64,000 nt of DNA from Sphingobacteriales bacterium (GTDB lineage: Bacteria; Bacteroidota; Bacteroidia; Chitinophagales; CAIOSU01). This document shows, piece after piece, positions 27,458 to 35,505 of the stretch; positions within the stretch are counted from its first letter, which is position 1; every line of letters starts with the position of its first letter. Location of the stretch: contig JAIXOI010000023.1 of NCBI GenBank assembly GCA_027486795.1, forward strand, positions 322,076 to 386,075, written 5' to 3'. A program made the translations under genes and the position numbers. The notes under the pieces were generated by a model that was not told the DNA's origin, ran no database searches, and saw nothing but the letters and a program-made list of their open reading frames with translations.

Positions 27458-28021
27458 TTACACAAATGTTAGCACTACACCTCCGGTAGCTACAATATCG
27501 CCCACATATTGGCGCGGGATATCGCTGCCCCGGCCTTCGAGGCGAAACTCATAGCCGTTGCGGTCGGCCAGGTCGGCGCCGGTTTCGCCATTGGCGGCGG
27601 CGCGCAGAGCGGCACTGGTTTTTAGGCGTTCATCGTAACCATATACAAAGGCCTCGCCTTGGTTATTCTCTACAATGGCAATCAGCTTGCACGATTTTAT
27701 GGCCTTCTGCAAGCGGTCGGCTTTCACCTTCTCTTGGCGCGGCACAAAGCCCGTAATGGTGTACGAAACGAAGTTGGTACCGTTGTCTTCCAACGAGTTC
27801 TGGAATGTAGCGTTCAAGCTATAGTCGGCAAACTCAAACTGGTGCCATTGGCTTTCGGCATCGGCGGTATTATCAACGGTTACGTCGGTATAGGAGTGAT
27901 CGGCAGTGGAGGCTAAGAAGCTATCCACTTTATCACGGTTTACTAAAAACAGCCTGCGCACACCACCAATGGTGCTATTATCGTCGCAGGTAAGGGCATA
28001 GCCTTGGGTGAGAAATGACAT
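27458..28021 (-). CDS. Hypothetical phage structural protein (candidate major tail/tube or head-decoration protein)
   Basis: 187 aa. It is encoded directly after the MCP gene and preceded by a repeat leader. No motif was recognised. Confidence 0.3.
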   Translation of the reverse strand: MSFLTQGYALTCDDNSTIGGVRRLFLVNRDKVDSFLASTADHSYTDVTVDNTADAESQWHQFEFADYSLNATFQNSLEDNGTNFVSYTITGFVPRQEKVKADRLQKAIKSCKLIAIVENNQGEAFVYGYDERLKTSAALRAAANGETGADLADRNGYEFRLEGRGSDIPRQYVGDIVATGGVVLTFV

Positions 28022-28110
28022 GGTGAATTAATTTAAAATTTAAGATTAAAAATTGAAAATTGTCGTGGTTGAAAAATTTTGAATTTTGAATTTTCCAATT
28101 TTCAATTCGA
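28022..28110. repeat. A/T-rich repeat spacer with a 12-bp inverted repeat (AATTGAAAATTG 28051-28062 / CAATTTTCAATT 28096-28107)
   Basis: This is the whole MCP-to-187aa spacer. It is built from GAAAATT/GAATTTT units in both orientations. It could form a weak AU hairpin after the MCP stop. Confidence 0.75.
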
Positions 28111-29064
28111 TTAACGCGCATACACCACGTACTCATCGAACAAGTACTGCACGCCTAGGTCGAAGTTGGCTTTGAAATAGAACTTCTCTTCCAATTCGTC
28201 CAAGAAAAGCTTGGCATCGCTACCTGGGGTTTTCACATCGGTACCAATAATCAGGTTCTCTTTTTTGGTATACACCACGCGGTGCGGGTCGGGCAGGGTT
28301 TGTGAGGCAATGGAGGCATCCCAAACCAATTGCGGCTCAACGGCAATACCACGGAACGTAAGCGGACCGCCATCGGCTAAGCGAGATAAGCCAGTATCAG
28401 TATCCATGTTTTCGTAAGTCTCAATCAAGTTGCAATATACGGTGTCGGTTACCAAGAAAACCTTGTCGGTGGGTTTTACGGCGCGCAACGGGGCAGAGCC
28501 TTTGTACATTTGGCGCAGTATATCAATGGCCTCATCGGGGGCCAACTCACCAGTGGTGCTTATGTCTACCTTAGTGCAGCTACCTGCTTCCAAAAGCTTA
28601 AACCAGCCGTCGAAGGTTTTGAAAAAGTTGGTGCTGTGGGCCGTATTGCCAAACCAGCAAAGCTCGAAAATGTCGTTGGTAATAGCAGTGTTGATACGAT
28701 CAACCATAGCCTTCTCAAGCACGGTGCCGCCTAGGTCGTAAATATCGCTGCCGCGTTTGAGGTTTTGTTTGAAAATGGTGTCATAAAAATCGACAGCGCA
28801 TTGTTCTAAGTTTATAACGCAAGGCTCGGTGCGGATGGTTTTCTCACCGAGCGCAAAAGTACCCACTGGGTTAAAGCCACAACTTTCTTTTTTCTGGATA
28901 ATGCGCTTCAACTCATTAGCTAGGGTAATGGTTTTAGAGCGGTTTACGGTAGGGTCTACCGAATAAGTGTCCACAATGTTTTCGGCCGTGAACACGGGTT
29001 TAAGAAAAATTTCGGCTACGTGCTCCGTAGCCCAAGTTTCCACAATAGTAATAGCGTTTGCCAT
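28111..29064 (-). CDS. Major capsid protein (HK97-fold candidate)
   Basis: 317 aa. It lies immediately downstream of the ClpP-type prohead protease/scaffold gene. Size and composition are typical of an MCP. No database comparison was possible. Confidence 0.65.
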   Translation of the reverse strand: MANAITIVETWATEHVAEIFLKPVFTAENIVDTYSVDPTVNRSKTITLANELKRIIQKKESCGFNPVGTFALGEKTIRTEPCVINLEQCAVDFYDTIFKQNLKRGSDIYDLGGTVLEKAMVDRINTAITNDIFELCWFGNTAHSTNFFKTFDGWFKLLEAGSCTKVDISTTGELAPDEAIDILRQMYKGSAPLRAVKPTDKVFLVTDTVYCNLIETYENMDTDTGLSRLADGGPLTFRGIAVEPQLVWDASIASQTLPDPHRVVYTKKENLIIGTDVKTPGSDAKLFLDELEEKFYFKANFDLGVQYLFDEYVVYAR

Positions 29065-29068
29065 GGGT

Positions 29069-29104
29069 TGATTGAAAATTTAAAAAATTGAAAATTTAAA
29101 ATTG
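29069..29104. repeat. A/T-rich tandem repeat leader (ATTGAAAATTTAAAAA ATTGAAAATTTAAA ATTG)
   Basis: The repeat starts 5 nt upstream of the MCP ATG. The sense strand has no G. Confidence 0.85.
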
Positions 29105-29176
29105 CCGCGTCAATAAGTTAAAGCCATCGGATCTAACCCAATTGCAGCAGTCTTGTGTCTTGATACTTGTGTCTAG

Positions 29177-30235
29177 TTAAAAACGGTTCTGCAAGTAGCT
29201 GCTCACATAGTTCCAGCCGTTTTTTCGGTCGCGCTCGGTGCGGGCTGGGTCGGTGTCGGCACCGGGGTTGCCGGTATCAATACGGCGAGCTTTTAGGCGC
29301 TGCAACTCACGCTCCAAGTTCTCTACGGTTTTTTCTGGCTCAGCCTTACCTTGTGCCGATTGAGGGGTTTCTTTGGCAGGGCTTGCCAGTTGAGCGATCA
29401 GTTCGTTTAGCTGTTGGATAAGGTCCGCTAGCTGCTGCTCCAATGCTTGGATGTTCTCCATGTTTGGTTTGGGTTTTGATTGTTTAGAAATATTAGAATT
29501 GAAAGTATTTTGCGGGTAAAGGCGCTGTTTGATATGCTGGTCTAGTATGCCAATGGCATCCACAGCCCTATCGATTAGTTTAGTTGACGCCTGTGGCTGC
29601 ACCTGCCCCAGCCCTAGGCGGAAGGCCAAACGATTGGCCACGGCAGCATCGGGTATGCGCTTCAGGCTTTCATCGAGTAACAGGGCCGCAACTTGCAGTT
29701 CACGCACAATGCCATCTACAAAGCCCATTTCAAGGGCCTCCTCGGCATTCAAGAGGGTTTCGGCATCCATCATGGCGCTTATGCGCTTTTTGTCGAGGCC
29801 CGTTTTGCGGTGGTAAATGTCCAACAGATCATTTTTCATCTTATCCAAGTCGGTTTGTACACCGCTTTTACCCCCTGCGTAATAGGGGTTGTGAATGAAA
29901 AAATAGCTGTGCTCGCCAATAAAACTCTCTTTAGCCGCTGCCGCCACCACGGTAGCCGCGCTGGCCGCTATGCCACTGATATAGGCGCTCAGGTGGTAGC
30001 CTTGCAGTTTCACAAAATCGTAAATAGCAAATGCATCGATTAGGCTGCCACCCGGGCTATTGATGTGCAGGCGCACTGGTTTGCCCGCGTGCGGCTTAAG
30101 CTCGTTGAGAAACTGGCGCGCCGAGATGCCAAACTCGCCTATTTCGTTATCGATGTACACTTCAACTGGCCCGGTTTCGGGCAGACTGCTTTTAATGTTG
30201 TACCAACTTTTGTTGGCTGATGGCGTTTGGTCCAT
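29177..30235 (-). CDS. Prohead (head maturation) serine protease, ClpP/S14 family, with C-terminal coiled-coil scaffold-like region
   Basis: It has ClpP-like motifs INSPGGSLIDAFAIYD and ISGIAASAATVVAAAA. The C-terminus is coiled-coil (ALEQQLADLIQQLNELIAQL). The track start at 30262 is TTG; the first ATG (MDQTPS) is at 30235. Confidence 0.8.
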   Translation of the reverse strand: MDQTPSANKSWYNIKSSLPETGPVEVYIDNEIGEFGISARQFLNELKPHAGKPVRLHINSPGGSLIDAFAIYDFVKLQGYHLSAYISGIAASAATVVAAAAKESFIGEHSYFFIHNPYYAGGKSGVQTDLDKMKNDLLDIYHRKTGLDKKRISAMMDAETLLNAEEALEMGFVDGIVRELQVAALLLDESLKRIPDAAVANRLAFRLGLGQVQPQASTKLIDRAVDAIGILDQHIKQRLYPQNTFNSNISKQSKPKPNMENIQALEQQLADLIQQLNELIAQLASPAKETPQSAQGKAEPEKTVENLERELQRLKARRIDTGNPGADTDPARTERDRKNGWNYVSSYLQNRF

Positions 30236-30342
30236 GTGGTTGTTTGTTTGGGGATGATTCAATTTTAAAGTTTGGCATGGTTGTTTCAGTCTTTCATAAT
30301 ATTCATCAAGTCTTGCGTCTAATTCTTAACTTTGCAGCACCC

Positions 30343-30873
30343 ATGAAAAACTTGCCCATATTATTGCTGTTGCTGCTGTCTAGCACTGGCATTTTTGCCC
30401 AAACGGATAGTTGCAACTTGCTCATACACAAGAGCATCAAAGACGAGTTTGTAAAATCGACCCGCCGAGAAACTATCTACAATGTGCCCAATCGCACCTT
30501 CGGCATCTTTGTGCAAAACCGCAACGGCTCCATGCAAATGGTATTCGATTGGACCATCGGGCTGAAGGCATTGGATGCCACCGAAAAATTCGAGCCTAAG
30601 AAACCAATCTTGCTTACCTTCTTTTTTAAGGATGGCAGCAGCCACATTATTACCGTGGAAGAGTACATACCGGGCAGTGGGGCCAAACAGGTGCGTTATG
30701 CCTATAAATACACCATTGGCGGCTCGGCATTTGTAACTGCAGAGGATATGGCAATACTCACCAAATCGCCGATAGTGAACATCCGCGAGAGCATATACGG
30801 TATACCTTTCGACGATACCACACCCCTTAGGGCCGACTATTTGATACGCGCCTTTAAGTGCGTTCAGCCGTAG
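30343..30873 (+). CDS. Secreted hypothetical protein (opposite-strand moron)
   Basis: The track ORF was trimmed to MKNLPILLLLLLSSTGIFAQ (signal peptide, ATG at 30343). A TAACTTTG box at 30327-30334 lies 8 nt upstream of the ATG. Confidence 0.6.
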   Translation: MKNLPILLLLLLSSTGIFAQTDSCNLLIHKSIKDEFVKSTRRETIYNVPNRTFGIFVQNRNGSMQMVFDWTIGLKALDATEKFEPKKPILLTFFFKDGSSHIITVEEYIPGSGAKQVRYAYKYTIGGSAFVTAEDMAILTKSPIVNIRESIYGIPFDDTTPLRADYLIRAFKCVQP

Positions 30874-30883
30874 GTTAGTTTAC

Positions 30884-30937
30884 TGGTTTATTGGTTTATT
30901 GGTTGATTAGTTGATTGGTTATTAGTTGATTGGTTTT
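30884..30937. repeat. 8-nt tandem repeat TGGTTKAT x7
   Basis: The units read TGGTTTAT TGGTTTAT TGGTTGAT TAGTTGAT TGGTTAT TAGTTGAT TGGTTTT. The array lies between two convergent genes and runs into the last codons of the 91-aa ORF. Confidence 0.85.
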
Positions 30938-31197
30938 GGACTCCGCTCCCATTGGACAATTACGCCTTTCCAATAGTCGAACACAAACTGCACACAGCTT
31001 GGGCAAGCCATATCGCTAGGGCTTTTGTAGATGTATTCGTGGTACTTGGCAAATAAGGTTTTCACATCCTCTTTGTTGGGCTGGTGCCTATTTTGCTGCC
31101 ATCGGGCGAAGCAATTCTGTATCTGCTTTTGGTCTTCGGCCGAAATGTTTTCCAGGCCTTTGTATTGTTTGTTCATCACCATTTTGCTAGTGGGCAT
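30922..31197 (-). CDS. Small hypothetical protein with CxxC motif
   Basis: 91 aa (CPSC motif). The alternative ATG at 31176 overlaps the upstream stop as TGATG, which suggests translational coupling and an 84-aa product. Confidence 0.45.
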   Translation of the reverse strand: MPTSKMVMNKQYKGLENISAEDQKQIQNCFARWQQNRHQPNKEDVKTLFAKYHEYIYKSPSDMACPSCVQFVFDYWKGVIVQWERSPKPIN

Positions 31198-31367
31198 TTC
31201 ATGGGTTTAAGGGCAATTTTTGCTTTTAAGAAACAACCGCACATGCCGCAACGCGCAAGGGGTTTAAAAATCCACAAGTGCAATAGCTTGTTTTTGAGGT
31301 GCGGGCAGGCTTGGCATTGCTGCCAACGATGTTGCTTCAGTTCTGGGGTGGAGAGCAGCGTTTCCAT
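31176..31367 (-). CDS. Small Cys-rich (zinc-ribbon-like) protein
   Basis: 63 aa with CQAC...CGMCGC...KCP. Its ATG overlaps the TMP stop as TAATG. Confidence 0.45.
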   Translation of the reverse strand: METLLSTPELKQHRWQQCQACPHLKNKLLHLWIFKPLARCGMCGCFLKAKIALKPMKCPLAKW

Positions 31368-32653
31368 TAAAAGCTAGCCTCCGATTGAATATTCAGTAGC
31401 CGTTGTTGCTGGCTAGTGGTATCTACCACGTTATTTACAATTTTCAGGCTACCCACCTCATCGGCTATTACCCCACGAAGGCCTTTTACCAGCGCTTCGC
31501 TATCCATTCCATCAATTGGCGCAGTTGCCGTGTTGTAGTACACTGGCGGCGCAACAGTAGGAACCACGCCGCCCGAGGCAAAAAATCGTTTGCCACCCGT
31601 AACGGCGTTCATTTCAGAAATGCTTTTTACAAAATCAGGCCTGCTCCAAATATTGCGGTTCACTATCAGCTCGCCACCCTCGGCTTCCATCAAGTTGCCA
31701 CCCGATAGAAACGGCACACCACCTTGACTATGCGCCGCACCTTCTACCAAACCACCCGTCTCGAAAGGTAAGTAGCCGCCTTTGGCAAACTTTTGCTTGG
31801 CTATTAAGGCCACTTGGGCGGCGGTGGTTACGGCAGCGGCCGCAATGGCGGCTATACCTGCCGGGCTGGGTGGCGGACCAAATTGGGCAATGCCTTGCAC
31901 TACGGCTTGGGCGCCTGCAATGATGGCTTTGGTAATGGCAAAAGCCTTTTCGCGCTTGGCGGCGGCCTTTTTCTTTTCTTCGGCCTCCTTATCATACTTG
32001 GCATTGATGCTATCCAACTGAGCCTTTTTACCCTCTTCAGAAAGCACACGTTCATTTACGGCATCAATCTCGGCTTGGCGTTTCTGATCAATTCGTGCCA
32101 GCTCGTTTTGCAGCCGCACCTCGCTAAGTTGGTCGGCAAGGTTCAAGGCATCGTTCATGGCCATAAAGGCACTTGAGGCGGCCTGTGCCTTACCTTGCAA
32201 TGCCTCAGCTACAGCAACCTTATCGTTGCCATCATCGGATGCGCCAGTGGTTGTTGGTTTTACGGAGTTGTTAATCGTCTCCATGCCTTTGGCCAGTACA
32301 TCTAGCCCCACCAAGTCGGCTGCTTGTTTCAGCTCGTTCAATACGGTGGCTGTTTGCATTGCCGTGTTTTGCAGGCCCTTTAAAGCGCTGTTAAAACTTA
32401 CTTCAAACCTATCGGCACTCTCCGTTGCAGTGTTCAAGGTCGCGGCTATGGCTTCGCTTTGCTCTTGAACGATTTGCCGTTCCAGCTTCAAGATTTTCTG
32501 TTGCGTAGCAGCCAACTGGTTGCTTGCGCCGCTTAACGTAGCTTGGCTCTTGGCCAGCTTGTCGTAAAGGGTCAACATTGCTCCAAGGTCTTTGAGCAAT
32601 TGCTGCAGTTCGGCATTCTCCACCGATATTTGAAGTGCTATTTCCTTTGCCAT
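31367..32653 (-). CDS. Tape-measure-like protein (short)
   Basis: 428 aa. It is mostly alpha-helical/coiled-coil. It has a hydrophobic G/A-rich segment (ITKAIIAGAQAVVQGIAQFGPPPSPAGIAAIAAAAVTTAAQVALIA) and a G-rich C-terminal block (GGYLPFETGGLVEGAAHSQGG). Both are common in TMPs. Confidence 0.6.
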   Translation of the reverse strand: MAKEIALQISVENAELQQLLKDLGAMLTLYDKLAKSQATLSGASNQLAATQQKILKLERQIVQEQSEAIAATLNTATESADRFEVSFNSALKGLQNTAMQTATVLNELKQAADLVGLDVLAKGMETINNSVKPTTTGASDDGNDKVAVAEALQGKAQAASSAFMAMNDALNLADQLSEVRLQNELARIDQKRQAEIDAVNERVLSEEGKKAQLDSINAKYDKEAEEKKKAAAKREKAFAITKAIIAGAQAVVQGIAQFGPPPSPAGIAAIAAAAVTTAAQVALIAKQKFAKGGYLPFETGGLVEGAAHSQGGVPFLSGGNLMEAEGGELIVNRNIWSRPDFVKSISEMNAVTGGKRFFASGGVVPTVAPPVYYNTATAPIDGMDSEALVKGLRGVIADEVGSLKIVNNVVDTTSQQQRLLNIQSEASF

Positions 32654-32657
32654 GTTC

Positions 32658-35285
32658 TTATTGGTTTCCTTTTAAATGCAGCTTATCAAATCGTTTTGGT
32701 CGGCCCTGTTCGTTTCGCTGCGATGCGAACATTATTTCGCGGCCATCGGTGGTATACAGGTAGCCACCTTGCACCAAAAAATTACCATCTTGGGTGAAGG
32801 TAAAGGCCCTATATCGGTCGGTATTGGAGGTGCCGCCACCCACTTGTATTATATCGTCGCGGCTAACCACATTATAAGCACCCAGCACGGTTTGGTTGCG
32901 GGCCGCAGCAATAGCGCCTTGCCCCAAGGCCACCGAAGCAGTGCCTGCTGCCGCCCAGTTGCCAGTGCCGTTGTGCAGCACTGTCGAGGGCGTATCGGAA
33001 AGCGACCCTAAATGTTCATTGCCATATTGCGAAGCCCTACCCGTGCCACGCCCCAGTGTGGGTGCCATTTGGCTAATGGAGCTATAGTTGGCTTGGGTGG
33101 TTAAATCGAGCTCGATGTTGTTCGATGCCAGCACGGGCAGCAGCGTAACCTTTACCGGCAAACACAATGCTGGCCTATAATCGGCAATGGTGGTGATGTA
33201 ATAATAACCCTTGATAGTTGGGTGGTTGATGTAAATGGGCCGTTGCAAATTGAGTTGCAAAACATCCGTTAAATCGAGCTTGAAATAGGCGATAACCTGC
33301 CTGCCATCCTCAATTTGGGCTATGGTGTTTTTGTAATAATTGTTTACCAAACCCTGCACGCCACTATAAGCCAAAACATCGCTACTCAATACCGGGTATT
33401 TTAACCTAAAAGAAGGGTTACGGCCAAACAGCCAAGCCGAGGTTTTGGGTTGCCCCAATCTGTTGGGCAACGTTTTAGCTTTATAGCCCTCGTAGTATAG
33501 TACCCGTGGCACAAAGTCATAACTCGCATCGGGGTATGGTGCAAGGTCTTTCCACAACCGCGGTATCTCTGGGGCGGCGTTTGATTGATTGAAAGGATTG
33601 AAAATGTTCCAATCTTGGAACGTAAGGGTATAGGCAAAGTTTTTAGTGCCCAACTCTTGGTTGCCGGGGTTGTATTTTATGGGCAACTTATGCGCCAACG
33701 AACCCGGTTGTTTATTGGTGGTTTCGGCACGCTCTTTCAAAAAAGCATCTTTAGTATCGAGCTTATATTGAAACGTTACATCCCGCTTATAATCGTCTAT
33801 ATACTGTATTTCGGCTTCTCTAGACAAATCAAACTTACCCGTCCAATCGTGCGCTTCTGTGAGCGGCATTAAGAACAGATCCCTAGGCTCACAATAAACC
33901 TTCTTGGCAATGGTATCGGTGCGAAAGTATAAGTTGAACATGTTCATAATGCCCGTGAGCACATCAATCAACTTTACATCCGGTAGCACTTGCGAAACCT
34001 CATAGGTGGCCCCTTCCACAATATCGCCCGTTATGGCATTACTAAACTCCAATTGCTGTATTTCGAAACGAGGGCTTTTGTTTTGCAAATTGAAGTTTGA
34101 TAAGCCCCAATTGTGGGTCTTTACGATGGTATACACACCCAATTGCTCGCCTTGGGCAAAGGGTAATAGTTGGGTATCGACGGTTACATTTACGGTTTGC
34201 CCATTGCTGGTAAACACTACGGCCTCCTCGGTTATGGGCACTAAATTGCCGCCCACCAACCTGCCCACACCAATGCCCAGATACTTCAGGTTTTGATGCC
34301 AATGGGTGCTTTTAATTCTCGCAGCAATTACAAATTGTTGCATACTGCTGCTAGGCACGGTATAAACTTGCGTATTGTAGTTATTGCCGTTGTCAAAATA
34401 CCCGGCACAGTCGTTCACAAGCAATATAGTTGGGCCAATGGTGCTGTTTTTGGGAAGGTTGGCAAATGCCTTTGGCTGGCATAGTACCGACTTAAAAAGC
34501 ATTGCATCGTTGGCATTGGCTGCTTTGGTAAAAGCATCGCCAGTAAAAGCCAAAACCAGTTTTTTAAAGAAAATCGATTCACAAAAGTCGCTCTCAAGGT
34601 TATAGCCAGCCTTGCTAAAAGCCTCGCGCAGTATGTGGGCAATAGAAACATCGGGTCGCAAATCTTCCATCACCACTTTGTTGCCCGATTTCCAAGCACC
34701 GTAGCTTTTTAGGCCGTATACAAAATCAAACTTATCAGGGAAGTTAGCCCAACTGGCCAACGCATATGCCTCGGTATAGGGGTGCGATTTGGTGGTTGCC
34801 GCCACTTGCAGCGGGTTGTAGCCAAAGCCTTCTGAGAGTTCATCGTTATAGTAAGTAGCCGTGCGGTTGCCATAGTCAATATCACGTATGGTATGGTCTT
34901 TCATGTATTCAATCCAATCGAGGTTATCGCCAATCAGCTCTAAGTCGTATTCGGCAGGGCGGCTGTGTTGCGATACATTATTGATTTTGAGTTTGCCGCT
35001 AAAAAACGGAATACCATTGCACAATACCTCAGCCCTGCACGATGCATGCTTTTGGTAAAAGTTGATGCCGATTTGATAGATGTATTCCAGCAAACGATTG
35101 TTGAGCTTACTTGCCGGCACCTTAAAGGTTTTGGAGAAGCTACCACTTCGTTTGGTGATATCGGTAAAATCACCGGTAGACCAGGTTAACGCCAGCGGGA
35201 AATCGGCATGGTCAGTAAGTTCCAAAGTACCCAAAGGCTGGGTAAAATCTTCGGAGTATATGTTGAGGCTGATTTGCGGGTTCAT
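32658..35285 (-). CDS. Large phage tail/baseplate structural protein
   Basis: 875 aa, adjacent to the TMP-like gene (4-nt spacer). No enzymatic motif was recognised. Confidence 0.5.
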   Translation of the reverse strand: MNPQISLNIYSEDFTQPLGTLELTDHADFPLALTWSTGDFTDITKRSGSFSKTFKVPASKLNNRLLEYIYQIGINFYQKHASCRAEVLCNGIPFFSGKLKINNVSQHSRPAEYDLELIGDNLDWIEYMKDHTIRDIDYGNRTATYYNDELSEGFGYNPLQVAATTKSHPYTEAYALASWANFPDKFDFVYGLKSYGAWKSGNKVVMEDLRPDVSIAHILREAFSKAGYNLESDFCESIFFKKLVLAFTGDAFTKAANANDAMLFKSVLCQPKAFANLPKNSTIGPTILLVNDCAGYFDNGNNYNTQVYTVPSSSMQQFVIAARIKSTHWHQNLKYLGIGVGRLVGGNLVPITEEAVVFTSNGQTVNVTVDTQLLPFAQGEQLGVYTIVKTHNWGLSNFNLQNKSPRFEIQQLEFSNAITGDIVEGATYEVSQVLPDVKLIDVLTGIMNMFNLYFRTDTIAKKVYCEPRDLFLMPLTEAHDWTGKFDLSREAEIQYIDDYKRDVTFQYKLDTKDAFLKERAETTNKQPGSLAHKLPIKYNPGNQELGTKNFAYTLTFQDWNIFNPFNQSNAAPEIPRLWKDLAPYPDASYDFVPRVLYYEGYKAKTLPNRLGQPKTSAWLFGRNPSFRLKYPVLSSDVLAYSGVQGLVNNYYKNTIAQIEDGRQVIAYFKLDLTDVLQLNLQRPIYINHPTIKGYYYITTIADYRPALCLPVKVTLLPVLASNNIELDLTTQANYSSISQMAPTLGRGTGRASQYGNEHLGSLSDTPSTVLHNGTGNWAAAGTASVALGQGAIAAARNQTVLGAYNVVSRDDIIQVGGGTSNTDRYRAFTFTQDGNFLVQGGYLYTTDGREIMFASQRNEQGRPKRFDKLHLKGNQ

Positions 35286-35293
35286 GGTTCAGT

Positions 35294-35494
35294 TTATTTT
35301 GCAGCGTAGCCTGCAATTTTCATGGTGTCTTTTAAGTAGTAATACTCTTGCCTGGCAATAACCTTAAAGCGAAAGCCACGGCCGCGCAAGGCATTCAATA
35401 GGTCCAGAAAATCATCAATCTCGGCCTCCAAGTGCAGCAGCATTTGTTCTTGCCCACGGGTTATGTGCAGGTATTCGTTGAGTTTAGTTTCCAT
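35294..35494 (-). CDS. Small hypothetical protein
   Basis: The track start at 35509 is TTG; the first ATG (METKLNEY) is at 35494, giving 66 aa. Confidence 0.4.
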   Translation of the reverse strand: METKLNEYLHITRGQEQMLLHLEAEIDDFLDLLNALRGRGFRFKVIARQEYYYLKDTMKIAGYAAK

Positions 35495-35505
35495 TTGGTT
35501 GGGTA

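Noticed and set aside
24632-30937. Possibility that the short tandem repeats are a CRISPR array or minisatellite
   Set aside because: The units are only 7-8 nt with no unique spacers. The arrays are 25-55 bp long and tied to gene boundaries. This is not CRISPR-like.
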